Notes: generated by a model not told the origin, from the letters alone. Numbered from the stretch's first letter, positions 1-11,842 are shown. The stretch: DNA of 37,666 nt from Octopus bimaculoides (GCF_001194135.2 NC_068992.1:11529700-11567365); one strand, 5' to 3'. Numbers and translations: made by a program.

Positions 1-33
<33 letters not shown>

Positions 34-1621
34 ATCACCATCATCATCATGAATAGCATCATTATCTTCATCATCACCATCAGCAGCACTGTTTTAACAT
101 CCACTATGCCACACTTACAGTATGATTGATCCTTAAAATCACATGAGTAGAAAGCAAACTGTTTAACCTCACAGTCATGCTCACACTTACTCGTTATATT
201 ACTTAAATGCAAAAGTATTCAAATAACATAGGATTCGGTGTTAAATGAGACAAGGCCACACTCCGTACTATTTCATATGGATACCTTATTATCTCTAACA
301 CCAATGGTATTATCAATGCTAAAGAGTTAAATCTTAGACAAAACTACACTACTTTATATTATGATACTTCAACATATCTAACAGCTTTATAATTATCGAA
401 TTATCAACAATAAAGGATTAAACATTAGACAAGATATATCGTTCTCTAATAGCTTCGTCATATCTAATGTTATTAGTATTATGAATGCTATAGAATTTAC
501 AATATCTTCATGGCACCATCTAGTAAACAATAGTTTAAGAATTTTTTTTCTTTTATCATTCTTATCTCAGGAATTTATTTGTAAAATTGAAAAAGATAAA
601 AATTGATAAATTTATTTATTTAACAAAAAAAAAAAAGATATGGGTGAAAATATGTTTAGGCTTTTTTTGTTTTTCATCTTGTTTGTTAACCTTCATTAAA
701 TCATTATTTGAGATATAAAGAAATATTGTTTTCTGTAGTCTATTTGAATGTGGGTGAGAAAAGAATGAGACCCAGGAATAAAAGCGATTCACATAAAAGA
801 ATGTCCAACCAGAAGAGAAAGAAAAATGAGATGGAAGTGAAAATCAGATTGACTTCTCTCAATAACGATAATTAGATTCTTCAAAGAAATACAAATAAAC
901 AAAACAAAAATAAAAACATTTTAAAATTTTTAAATAAATAACAAGACTGAATGGTTTAGAGATTTCATTATACTCTAAAGTATTGAATTCAACTCGCGAT
1001 TAAAGCTGAGTTTTTTAATATTTCTTCTTTTTTATTTTTTTACCTTTACTATACTTTCAGAATAGGCATATTTTGTTTGTTTTGTTGTGTCTTTGTTTTG
1101 GTCTTATCATTTTTTTTTTTATTCACATGCCTGAACCTGGTATTTAAATCTCTTGTAAAGAAGTTAGTCAATATACTTGTTTGTTGTTAGAAATATAAAG
1201 CTGCAATGCATTCTTGATATGTATGAGAGACAGAGAGAGAGACAGGCTGACAGGCAGAGTCAAAAATAGAGAAATACTGAAATACATTCTGTCTGCTGTA
1301 ACTAATGTGAGAAGTACTTCTAAAGAAAACAAGGCTACATTAATTAATTATATAACCTTGTTTTCTTCAGACATAGGACAATTAAATAAAAGGCATTATA
1401 TGAACGATTTCCATTTCAAAATTTAAAAAAGAACTGCATGGTTGGTTTTGTAGAGAGAAAAGGTACAGTCAACCAAATAACTGTTCATATATTGATCTCA
1501 GATGTCTGAAATCCAAATACAGAAGGCAGAAACAAAAAGCTGAAGCCTTTACTTAAATGATCTACCATTTCTGTTAACTTTCTACCAGTTCTTTGCTGAT
1601 GCAATTACAAAGCCAGATAAT

Positions 1622-2160
1622 TGTCAGCCTGGCAGACGAGAGTAAATCTCATGGAATAGTCTAAGTTCTGAAATCATATTATACAAACAGCACTACACCC
1701 TGATATAGTGAGCTTCTCCAATTCTACCAGACATTATGTGGGAACTAACTGTACCCTGGGTGGGGGGACATATGGAGGAGGCTCATGAGGGAAAGGTTTG
1801 CCAAAACACCAGGAGCAGGTAGAGTAGAGTAGAAGCCAGGATCAGCAGGCATGTTGCAAGGTAACTGAAGTAGGCTGCTGGGGTTTTGAGAGGCATTCAT
1901 TCTGCAAAACCCTGACTCAATTTGGAGTCTCTGGTGCAGCAAAGAGGAAGGCCATAAATTCTATCACTGAAGCTGCAAAAAAATCCACTAAAGGGCATTG
2001 GATAAAGAGGGCAGACCAGTGGTTTGCTGCTACTAGGATACAAGCTGAGAGTTAATCAACCTGGCTAGGTCACCTGGGAAATGAGATCTGATGTTGAAAG
2101 GCCTGAAACTCCATATGACCCCAGAAACATCACTGATGAGGCATCTCAGAACATCTGTGA
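1622..2160 (+). mobile_element. Decayed 3' end of a HERO-type RLE non-LTR retrotransposon (endonuclease C-terminus plus 3' UTR)
   Basis: Translation across frameshifts and stops gives SAWQTRVNL..KF*NHIIQTALHPDIV..WELTVPW..MEEAHE..K..EVGCWGFERHSFCKTLTQFGVSGAAKRKAINSITEAAKKSTKGHWIKR, ending at TAA 2053-2055. This matches the PD..ELTVPW..EVGCRGF RLE signature of HERO-type elements. The ~100 bp after the stop resembles their 3' UTR as I recall it. Confidence 0.85.
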
Positions 2161-3084
2161 GATGTGTCTTAGAAACTGAAAAGAATGTACAACCAATTAA
2201 ATTAACACAGGTTCATTGGTAGTAAGTCTTTCATTGCCTACAGAAAAAAAAAAAGAGTGATGCTTAAAGATCATAGAAAGTTGAAAAGAGATTTTGGTTG
2301 TAACATGGAGTTATCTGAACTGAATCTATAGAAAGTTCCTTATTGGCTTGTATTGGTATCTAGTTGAAAGAATAATTTGTTTGTTAAATTAAGTAGGTGA
2401 ACCAAGTACATAGAAGCTTCTAGGCTGATTTGTACTGTTTCATTTCAATGAAACAGTAAGGCATTTATTTAGAGTTATTTAGTTGCCTCTTTGAGTAAGT
2501 AAAATAACTAATTTTTGCAATCAATCAAGTTATTATTTCATCTAGTTTACTGCTAATTACCCACATGAATAGCCATAAGGGGAAAAAAGATAATTTCATT
2601 CTTAATTAAGGAAAACTCAAAGGAATGTAAGAAAACTAGGAACTGAAGTATATTGTAACGAAGAAACTGACTAATTTATTCCAGTTAAAGACAATAAACA
2701 AATAAATATACACAAAATGAAAACTTTTGAGTAAACAAAACTGAATTTACAAAGAAATGCGATCAACAAGAAATTACAGGGGGAAAAAAGCATTCAGTGC
2801 AAAAATTTATGATCTCCATCTTCAGATAAATATAGAATTGAATATTCCTAACTAGAACAAAATTCATATTTAATTCTAATTAGACTTTAATTACATTCAT
2901 TCACAACGATAGGAAATCAAATCTGTCATTGACATAAACGAAGAATATCTAGCGTTCATCTAGCTGTTTGTTCAATGCTTCATGCTGTGTATAAATATAT
3001 ACATTGATGACGATATATACACACACACACATACACAGATAAGACAGACAGATAGATATATTGACAGAAATACTTAACGTGATA

Positions 3085-3092
3085 CGCTCACA

Positions 3093-3142
<50 letters not shown>
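3085..3142. repeat. (CA)n microsatellite
   Basis: Visible near-pure CA run. Confidence 0.95.
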
Positions 3143-3145
<3 letters not shown>

Positions 3146-4150
3146 ACAAGTATGAAAAGAAATGAATACAAATACATTACATTCCAACACAATAAACACA
3201 GTATTACATTGATAAGAGAATAAAGAATGCACCTTAAAAGAAGCTTCAGATCAAACTCAATTCTATTTGCAGTACATATTCCAATATTCCAATTTCTTGC
3301 TGATTAAGCATCTTACAATTAGAAATAATAAATTCTAAGAGATTCACAGAAGCTTGGTCTTTCTCAAGAATAATTCACACAATATCTAATTTCATATCCA
3401 ACAGCAGAATCCTGAACCAATTTCAATAGTAAATAGCCATTGACCTTGACAGTTCAAGTATATCTTCCCCTAAATACAAAGTTCAAACGGCTGCTTTGCT
3501 CACCATCAAAAGAAAGCAGTGCAGTGATTGTGTTCCACATAAGTGCGCCAACAGGAAACAGAGAACTTCCTCAAAGACTACCAATACTTTTGCATTGACA
3601 TGACTCAACAGCAGTGAACCGTGTTACAATTAACCAACACAATCTAAAATTGTTGAACAAGTGAAATCAATAATGGACAACAATAAAGAATGGCCATTGA
3701 TGTCAGAAAGAATACAATCAAAACATATTTTGCTACCAATCTTGAAAAACAGATCCAAATCGATTTCTGTCTGTGAAATTGATTTTGTTCAATATATCTT
3801 CACAAAGATAACATTGATCTCAGTGAAAGACGTTCTGATAACATCTTCATTTGGGCATTGACTTTTCATGTATTCCCTAAAGGATTGATAAGAATAACAC
3901 AAATACATTGAGGTTATCTCACATGACAGTTTTCTATTTTGATATTACATCTAAAAGAAGAAGGGTCCTGACCACATCTCGTATACAAGCCATGTGAGCA
4001 TGGTGAAGCAGTGAGGACCACAAAGTTGATTTCCAGTCTCAATTGCTACATCTTCAAAGCAATGCAAAGTAAAATTCAATTTGTTCAAGATTTATGCCAA
4101 GGCAGCATATGAAACTGCATTCAGTAGTGAGACGCCATCTTGGACAACCA

Positions 4151-4183
4151 AGAGTTTGGAAGAGTTTGGAAGAGTTTGGAAGA
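4151..4183. repeat. 10-bp tandem repeat (AGAGTTTGGA)x3
   Basis: Three perfect adjacent copies plus a partial fourth. Confidence 0.9.
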
Positions 4184-4759
4184 ACAAGGGGTTACTCCTT
4201 AGTCACTACCACTCACAGGTTTGTTCCAGTTCAGAATGAAAGCACCTGTCAAGGGCACCATTTAAGGGTCAGATAAAAGAAGAGGGTCTTGTCGGTAAGA
4301 TGAACAGCATTTGGAGGAGGATGGCTCCAAGATATGTGTCACATAAGCTCACCAATGTCATGTGAACCAATCCCTCCACCTAAGGTTTAAAAAGGCCTTG
4401 TGCCTTGATGGTAAGCCCCAAGAGAGCAGAAGACTAGTAAATATTAAGCAATGATAAACCGCCATGGTGATCTCTTCCAGTTGATCATAGAATAGCAGAA
4501 AGATGGTTCCGGAGCTGCTGAGTGCTAAGAAATCTAAACTGCAGATGTCTTTCTCCAACAATGAACAAGAGACTGATGGAGGACCTTAACTACTGACAGA
4601 CATAGAGTACTAATATAGAACAGGATATATAACTTAGCCATTATAATGCTTGATCCAAGTTTACACATATTGAATGAGTGAAAGAGGTGACACACAGTTA
4701 AAATACATCGTTCCATTCAGAAAATAGAAATAAATTTTAATGAGTATTGTTTACTCAGT

Positions 4760-5138
4760 GGTGCTCTTATGGTTACTGTATTGAAAGTGTTTTGCAGTAC
4801 CCAGTAGTGCAGTACCCAGTAGTGCAATTTTCTGTATGTTATATATATTTGTAAGTCCTGGTGTTTTTGTTATGTATTTGTCTGAATATTTTTTTATTAT
4901 ACCTAAGGCACCTACTATGATAGGAATTGTTTCTGTTTTTAGACTCCACATTCGAGTTATCTCTATTTCCAGGTCTTTGTATTTTGAAAGTTTTTCCATT
5001 TCTTTTCGAGAAACGTTGTCATCTGCTGGTATTGATACATCAATTAGAAAGCATTTTTTTCTTAATGATCTTTGACAACTATATCTGGTCTATTTGCCTT
5101 AATTTCTCTATCTGTGTGTATTGGCATATCCCAGAGTA

Positions 5139-5140
<2 letters not shown>
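4760..5140 (-). mobile_element. 5'-truncated R4/Dong-type RLE retrotransposon fragment (endonuclease C-terminus)
   Basis: Minus strand reads ILWDMPIHTDREIKANRPDIVVKDH*EKKCFLIDVSIPADDNVSRKEMEKLSKYKDLEIEITRMWSLKTETIPIIVGALGIIKKYSDKYITKTPGLTNIYNIQKIALLGTA, then KTLSIQ* after a frameshift. It contains the RPD..D..P..K..KY RLE motif and the QKxALLGTA end typical of R4/Dong. One in-frame stop lies at 5062-5064. The 5' junction abuts (TAA)n. Confidence 0.9.
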
Positions 5141-5200
<60 letters not shown>

Positions 5201-5274
5201 TTCAGTTGTCCAATTTTCATTGTGTACTTTCACTATATATCAAGTACCACTCTGTGCTTTGGGCAATTATTATT

Positions 5275-5319
<45 letters not shown>

Positions 5320-5320
5320 T
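5141..5320. repeat. (ATT)n and (AAT)n arrays interrupted by a ~60 bp insert (5208-5266)
   Basis: Visible trinucleotide arrays on either side of a short non-repetitive segment. Confidence 0.9.
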
Positions 5321-6334
5321 TGCATGTTTACATGCAGCCACAAACTATAGGAAAGAGTATAATCAATTAAAAGCCATGTGCAGTATATTACAGGTACCAT
5401 TTGCTTTTTACAAGTGAGTATTTGAACTCCAAATGCATAGGGAGATATATAAATAGATCAAGGCATTGTCCCTTCAATTGCTGCCAATCCACAGCATTGT
5501 TTACAAACGGTGGGTGCTAGGAGAGAAAATAAATCACTTGAAAGATAATTCTTTGCATAATGTCGAGAAAACAAAGTTATTCAGACTATTGAAATGAGTG
5601 TGAAAAGCATTTGAAGAAATTCTGGAATATTTGCTCAGAAGAATGAAATGGATTAAATGATAGAGAAGGTCTTGAAAGACTAGTTCAATGCATTGGCATT
5701 TACATAACCTGGCCAACCTTTTATTCCATGCAATTATTTTGACAATGTCTTGGCAAAGTGATGCCTTTCATTTGGAAAATTAAATCTATTTAGAAATGAA
5801 ACCATTCTCCTTTTATAGCTTTGATGTGAAACTTTAAATGACCCTTTGGCATGACGCTTCGACATTATAAATAAAAATTGTAGTCGATGATTTGATCTAA
5901 TGACAGCTTAAAATTTCAAATACTAGCTTATGTTGATAAGTCTATCATCACCATCATCAGCACCAGCATCGCCAAATGATATTACAAGAATTTCTCACTT
6001 ATCTCAATCAAATAGATGGATATTTATATCACTAAAAACACATTCCACTGGGACCCCCATATTCTAAACATGACAATCACTAACCTATCACCAATAATAT
6101 TGTCTCGGTTGTCATTCAATCATCTCAGTCCGTTTTAATCTTTTAGTTAAGAGTGGGGAGTGCTTGTGACCCTTTACTGAACCTCCAAGACTACTGGAAG
6201 GGGAGAAGGCATCTTCAAGCTTGAGAACTGACCTAAGTTCATATAACGGAACACATTCTATCAAAAGATACCCAAGATGTTTGGTGGTGGTGTCTGTGTG
6301 AGTATTTTTAATTCCACCTTTTAAAGAGGACCAT

Positions 6335-6575
6335 GGCAGGATTTGAACTCAGATTGCAAAGAAACAAAACAAACACTGCAAGGCCTTTTTTTCCTTCCAC
6401 TAATCCACCACCCTGGGTTGATTAATTTTGAATGAAAGAATAAAAGGCAAAAGATAAAGAAAAAATTGAAGGGATAAAAGGAAAAGCCGACTTTGGCAGG
6501 ATTTGATCTTGGACGCAGAAAGTCCGGGTAAGTACTATGAAGTATTGTATCTAACTCTCTCTAATATCTCTACCA
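6335..6575 (-). mobile_element. Two decayed partial heads of tRNA-derived SINE family A
   Basis: Motifs GGCAGGATTTGAACTCAG and GACTTTGGCAGGATTTGATC (reverse B-box region) are shared with the better-preserved copies at 8288 and 34098. Confidence 0.55.
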
Positions 6576-8202
6576 GTTTGCCATATACATGTTGATCAGT
6601 AAACCATAAACCTGATAGAAATATGCCACCATAAAGCAACATGTATATCATCTCTGTCATTATCGTCATCGTTTTTTACAGCTGCTTTCCATGCCAGCAT
6701 GGGTTAGATACGTCATCATAATTTGAGTTAGTTCTTATTCAGACTCACTACTCTTGTAATTTGATGCTCACACATTTTAATTTTGGCCTGACTTCTATAT
6801 CAGGATGACCTTTCTATCAGAGTATAACTTAGTGCGTTTTATTGACACAGGCATTAAAGAAATTGTAAGTTGTATGTACACATGCACCCACATACATTTG
6901 CATGTATGTGTATGAATGTATAGGGGAGGATGTGTGTATGTGTGAGTGCATGTGTATGTGTGTATGAATGTATGGGTGGGATGTGTGTATGTGTGAGTGC
7001 ATGTGTATGTGTGTATGATTTTTCATTTTAATTGAAGTTCCCTTCAAACTGATAAATATCTCAGATCCATTGATCTCAGGTATAAAGCCTAACTGTAATT
7101 TTGTGAAGACTCCACAGAATCTTCATCCTCTTCTAAAGACACACAGGATCCACCAGTTACTTAAAGATGGAGATACTCTGATCTTCAATTCAACATTAAC
7201 AAAGTTACAAGAAAATGCTAGCCATTCTTTAATAGATAACGTTTGTTTTAAATTTATTTATGTAAGAATCTTCAAAGTTAATTTTAATGTAATTCTTATT
7301 ATATTCTTTCATATTTTATTGTGAGGTAAGGTATTCTAAAGTTAAAGCCTTCAAAATGAGGCAAGAACAAGAGGAATTTTGTTGAGAGAAATTTCGCAGC
7401 TAAATTGATCAGGTCAAACAACTACTGAGAAATTCTCTTATGTTTCTCTATTTTAAAGTTAATAGTTTCTGCAGTGCTTCTTGAACAAATGTTGCTACTA
7501 TACAGAACAAATGTGAATGGAAACGTTCTGTTGCTGGCTCATTATGAATTTTATAAGAGCATTTCACAAGGGATGTTATTTATATATCAAAAATTTCCTA
7601 AGCTCGATGCATTCTCATGTTATCTCATTTGGTATAAATTAAAATGCTACAATAACAGAAATAGCTGAAATGTAAAGAGAATGTCATAACTTAATTTACT
7701 CTATACAAAATATAAGTATACTTGACACATGTAAAATATCTAAATACAAGCTGCCATATGAAATATGAAAGAATTCAATCAATGAGCTTAACTTAGATTT
7801 TGGATAAGATCTGATAAGGAACAAAGTTTTGCTTTAAGCAAAGCATTTCTGTGTTTAACATTTGACATATTATATTGAGTTTATTCTTACTTCATTAGCT
7901 GAACTAATTGAAAATTGGTTTTAGCATTGAGATAGCTATAAACAAAATGGGAACTCTCTAAGTAATCTGTTTGGTTTAAAGTACGTAAGATTTTTATTGC
8001 ACACTTCAAAATTTGACTGGATTCAATGGAAACGAAATTTTTGAATGGTCTACAATTTGTGAAGTGTTACTCAAGTCAACAATACTGCTAGAATCGGAAA
8101 TACATGAGAAGCACTTTTAAAAGAGATGAACATGATGTTATTAAAAGAAACAGTTTGAGGTCTTTCTCCTCCTCCTTCTCCTCTTCTTTGTCATTGCCAT
8201 TG

Positions 8203-8246
8203 CCTTCTTCTTCTTCTTCTTCTTCTTCTTCTTCTTCTTCTTCTTC
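8203..8246. repeat. (TCT)n microsatellite
   Basis: Visible run; source of the poly-E ORF artefact. Confidence 0.95.
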
Positions 8247-8287
8247 ACTACCATCATTATCGTTATTATTATTATTATTATAATTAA

Positions 8288-8490
8288 AGCAGAGAACTGG
8301 CAGAATTGTTAGCACATTGGGCAAATTACTTAGTGGCATTCATCTTTACATTCTGAGTTCAAATTCTGCTGAGGTCAGCTTTGCCTTTCATCCTTTCAGG
8401 GTCGATAAAATAAGTACTAGTTGAACACTGGGGTTAATTTAATTGACATAGACTCTCCCCTGAAATTGCTGGCCTTGTGCCAAATTTTGA

Positions 8491-8492
<2 letters not shown>
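8288..8492 (+). mobile_element. tRNA-derived SINE family A, near full length
   Basis: Pol III A-box-like TGGCAGAATTG and B-box GAGTTCAAATTC (8355-8366). The body TTTGCCTTTCATCCTTTC..GATAAAATAAGTAC..CACTGGGG recurs at 11.0, 11.7, 23.1, 27.1 and 34.1 kb. It ends in an (AAT)n tail. Confidence 0.85.
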
Positions 8493-8522
<30 letters not shown>

Positions 8523-8533
8523 TAATAATAATA

Positions 8534-8589
<56 letters not shown>

Positions 8590-8604
8590 CATCATTATTA
8601 TCAT
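8492..8604. repeat. Inverted microsatellite (AAT)n-(ATT)n
   Basis: An AAT arm flips to ATT at about 8534, giving a quasi-palindrome. Confidence 0.9.
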
Positions 8605-9147
8605 TGAGTGAGAGAGCAGTGCATGCCAGGTAAAATATGCGAAGCCCAATACACCCATCATGACTACCCGTCTGATAAGGGTATACTAGGCACATGCATC
8701 ACAACTATATGTGCAAAACATGGTGACCTCATATCAAGATTAATTGTGCAAAATCTTGCAGGTGGGACCCAGTTAGAATTTTTTTCAGGTCGAGTAGCCC
8801 ATAAAGCTCAAAAGCTCCCTGAATAAGGTTTATTTAAGGATGTTGTATGAAAAATCATGTTTCCAGAGGTGAATTATTCAGACCCCAAAAAATTCCTCTC
8901 AGCACATATTTATGATGCTTCTCCACTACTCCTGCTCGTGATCAGAGATGCACATATCATCAGCCACTAAGGGACCTGCTCATCTGGTTAAGGTCAAACA
9001 ACTGATAAATAAATCTGCAGTACTGTGCAGAACACGTGCTATTGTGCATTTTTGCACCAAGACAAAACAATGTACATGATAACACTTCTAATCAGTTAAG
9101 ATCAGAAACCATGAGAACCACTGCCTCGTATTATATCAGGGCATTTA
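8605..9147 (-). mobile_element. Unclassified ~540 bp non-coding interspersed element ('D') with its 3' end at (TAA)n
   Basis: Its first ~70 bp on the plus strand (GAGAGCAGTGCATGCC..GGTAAAATAT..GAAGCCCA..ACCCATCATGAC.ACCCGTCTGAT) recur at 27248-27335, also next to (ATT)n. Both ends are bounded by simple repeats. I found no ORF and no Pol III boxes. Confidence 0.7.
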
Positions 9148-9934
9148 TCATCCTCATCATCATCATCATTGGACAAAATCCCTTACTGTGTTTGTTTTGA
9201 CCTGTTGTATTATTGGTTTGGATCCAGAAAACAACTTCAGTTTTCATCCTTCTGGGGTACATAAAATAAAGTATCAGTCTAGTATTGAGGTCACAGAGCT
9301 GGCTTTCTTTCCTTGACATGGTCAGCAGAAAAAAAGAATGCGGTCAGCATTCAGTAAATAGGTTGATAGATTCTTACCATTACCTTAGCTGGATGTATGT
9401 ACATTTTACTATATTTTACATGAACAAGTAAGTCTTCAGGGAAGTATTTATAAACATCAATAGGTCAATGTTTAATAGAGACAATAAAGCTGTTACAATT
9501 TATGACATGATTATAATCTTTAGTTAGAGAGAACGACTCATACGAAAAGTGCAGTTAGTTAAGAATTCCACAAAGTTTCCCCCCTCTTTCATTTTGAAGT
9601 TAGAAATCTTTGCTGTTCAAGCAAAATCAATGATGACTTTATATGTTGGTAGGAGACACTTTTATAATCGATAAAGACAAACAGACTATTTCAGCCATTT
9701 CCTATTCATCACCTATCTCACCTACTTAGAGTCCATTAGCTTATGGGCAAATATACAATTATCATACCAATCGCAATAATTCCTTGATTGATGTTAGAAG
9801 ATCTTTAATATTTAGTTCTTTCATTCAAATCAAGACTTTGATTCTATGATGTCTTTTTCTCTTTTCTTTTCTTTTCGTTTTTTATTATTATTATTATTAT
9901 CTTGTTTTTTTTTTTTGGTACCGAAAGCTAATAA

Positions 9935-10088
9935 ACCAACACACACACAGTTATGCATTTGTGATTATATGAATACATTCATATATATATATGTGCTTGA
10001 ATATATATATTTATATTTATATACATACACACACATACAGATATACATATATATATATATATATATATGCACACAGATATATATTTAT

Positions 10089-10157
<69 letters not shown>

Positions 10158-10410
10158 CATACATAAACATACATAAATAAGTATATACATATACATATGT
10201 ATAGGTGTATCTATATATATATGTATATGTGTGTATATGTATATGTATATATATATATATGTGTGTGTGAGTGTTTGTGTATGTATTTATATGTGTGTGT
10301 GTCTGTATGAGTGTGCGTGTGCACACATGCACACATACATAGATCAATCAATGTGTATGCACACACACACGTGCACAGACATGCACAGACATACGCACAT
10401 GCATAAATAT
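9935..10410. repeat. Compound (TA)n/(CA)n/(TG)n low-complexity tract
   Basis: Visible; source of the YIYI/THTH ORF artefacts. Confidence 0.95.
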
Positions 10411-10551
10411 ATATTTTATGTTCCTACTGGACTAGTTGTGTCCTCAAATTGTTTGTTGTTCATTAAGCAGTGAAGGGTGTGAAGTATTCACCATTGCCAA
10501 TCTGCTACGACAAAATGAAATGTTACAAAAGCAGCATAAGAAGTTGAAAGA

Positions 10552-10565
10552 AAAATAAATAAATA

Positions 10566-10600
<35 letters not shown>

Positions 10601-10639
10601 CAACAACAACAGCAATAATGATAATAAAATAAAAATAAA

Positions 10640-10675
<36 letters not shown>

Positions 10676-10710
10676 GATGATGATAATAATAATAACAACA
10701 ATAATAATTG
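10552..10710. repeat. (AAT)n/(AAC)n compound microsatellite
   Basis: Visible run. Confidence 0.95.
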
Positions 10711-11036
10711 CATAAGTGTAGACCTACTAAGGTTTACAGAAAAAGCTGAATAAGTATGTGTGAATCATACCATGATCAAAGGCTTCATCAGTAATATGAA
10801 TAAAATAAAATAATTGCACTTGTAAATTGATATTGGACCTCATCCCCATCTCCTGAGATAAAGCAATCACAAATAGTAATAACCACAATATTAAATTAAT
10901 TTCTTTTTTTTAATTACAATTTATGAAGTGCAGTGCCTAATTCTTCTATGATAACTGTAGATTATCTTATTGAACCAAGAGAATGTACAGCAGTTCAAAG
11001 TAATCTTTTACCAGGTTTTGAACTAATGAAGATGCT

Positions 11037-11235
11037 TTGGTTTCAAATTATAACACAAGGCTGGCAAGTACGGGGAAGTGGGTAAAGAGATTACATCAAC
11101 CTCTGTCACCCCAGTACACAACTGGTACTCATTTTAGTGACCCCAAAAAAAGATGAAAAGCAAAGTTGACTTCAGCGGAATTTGAACACAGAACATAAAG
11201 ACAGACAAAATTTTGCCCAACATGTTAACGAGAGC
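11037..11235 (-). mobile_element. SINE family A copy, decayed
   Basis: CCCCAGTACACAACTGGTACTCATTTT..GATGAAAAGCAAAGTTGACTTCAGCGGAATTTGAAC is the reverse complement of the 8288 body and B-box. Confidence 0.8.
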
Positions 11236-11292
11236 TTTTTGCCTAATGTGTTAAAAAATCTGCCAGTTTGCCCCCTCAACAAATGAAGGCAT

Positions 11293-11435
11293 ATTGGTTT
11301 CAGATTCTGGCACAAGGCCAGCAGGTTGGGGGTGATGTGGAATTGGGGGTGGGCAAAAATTGATTAAATTTGTTGTTAAGGGGTATAGTCTGTGGATAAA
11401 TTTACCCCAGTATATGTCTGGTTGTCATTTTAATA
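11293..11435 (-). mobile_element. SINE family A 3' fragment
   Basis: TTGGTTTCAGATTCTGGCACAAGGCCAGCA matches the reverse complement of the family A tail. Confidence 0.6.
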
Positions 11436-11668
11436 CTGTTTCACATTTTTATTTCTTTCTTTTAGGCATTAGACCAGGAACACAGAGGGGAGCTGCTCTG
11501 AGTTTCTTAATTGTTTTTATTGTTTTTTTTGTTTTTTTGGTTGATCACACCAACTCTAATATGTATTTTCTAAAGTTTGGTATTAAATTTATTGATCCCT
11601 ATAGATCCCTTGGTTGAAGCAGTTGATTATGAAACATGAACAAAGAGCACACACAAACACATGCACAA

Positions 11669-11716
<48 letters not shown>

Positions 11717-11724
11717 ATATCTAT

Positions 11725-11842
11725 TCCTCTGTAGGCACAAGGCCTAAAATTTTTGGGAAGGGAGTAACTGGTGCTTAATTGGTCCTTGTTTTTATCAACC
11801 CTGAAAGGATGGAAGGCAAAATCAACCTTAGCAGAATTTTGT
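11725..11842 (-). mobile_element. SINE family A fragment
   Basis: GGCACAAGGCC..TTTTTATCAACCCTGAAAGGATGGAAGGCAAAATCAACCTTAGCAGAATTT matches family A. Confidence 0.75.

Noticed and set aside
2085-2150. CTGATG..GAAA..GAAAC..CTGATGAG motifs suggesting a hammerhead in the HERO 3' UTR
   Set aside because: The core elements are in an order and spacing that do not form stems I-III, and the first core lacks GA.
4040-4720. GC-richer segment that might be a decayed retroelement 5' region
   Set aside because: I could not recover any protein or terminal motif in six frames.
4927-5370. Poly-I/L/N/Y/D/S ORFs here and at 8.4, 9.9, 26.5, 27.5, 28.2 and 34.2 kb
   Set aside because: Translations of microsatellites, with no coding support.
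8912-8944. U1 snRNA-like words (GATCACGA, GTAGTGG on the minus strand) in element D
   Set aside because: Only 7-8 nt matches, with no colinear similarity to U1.
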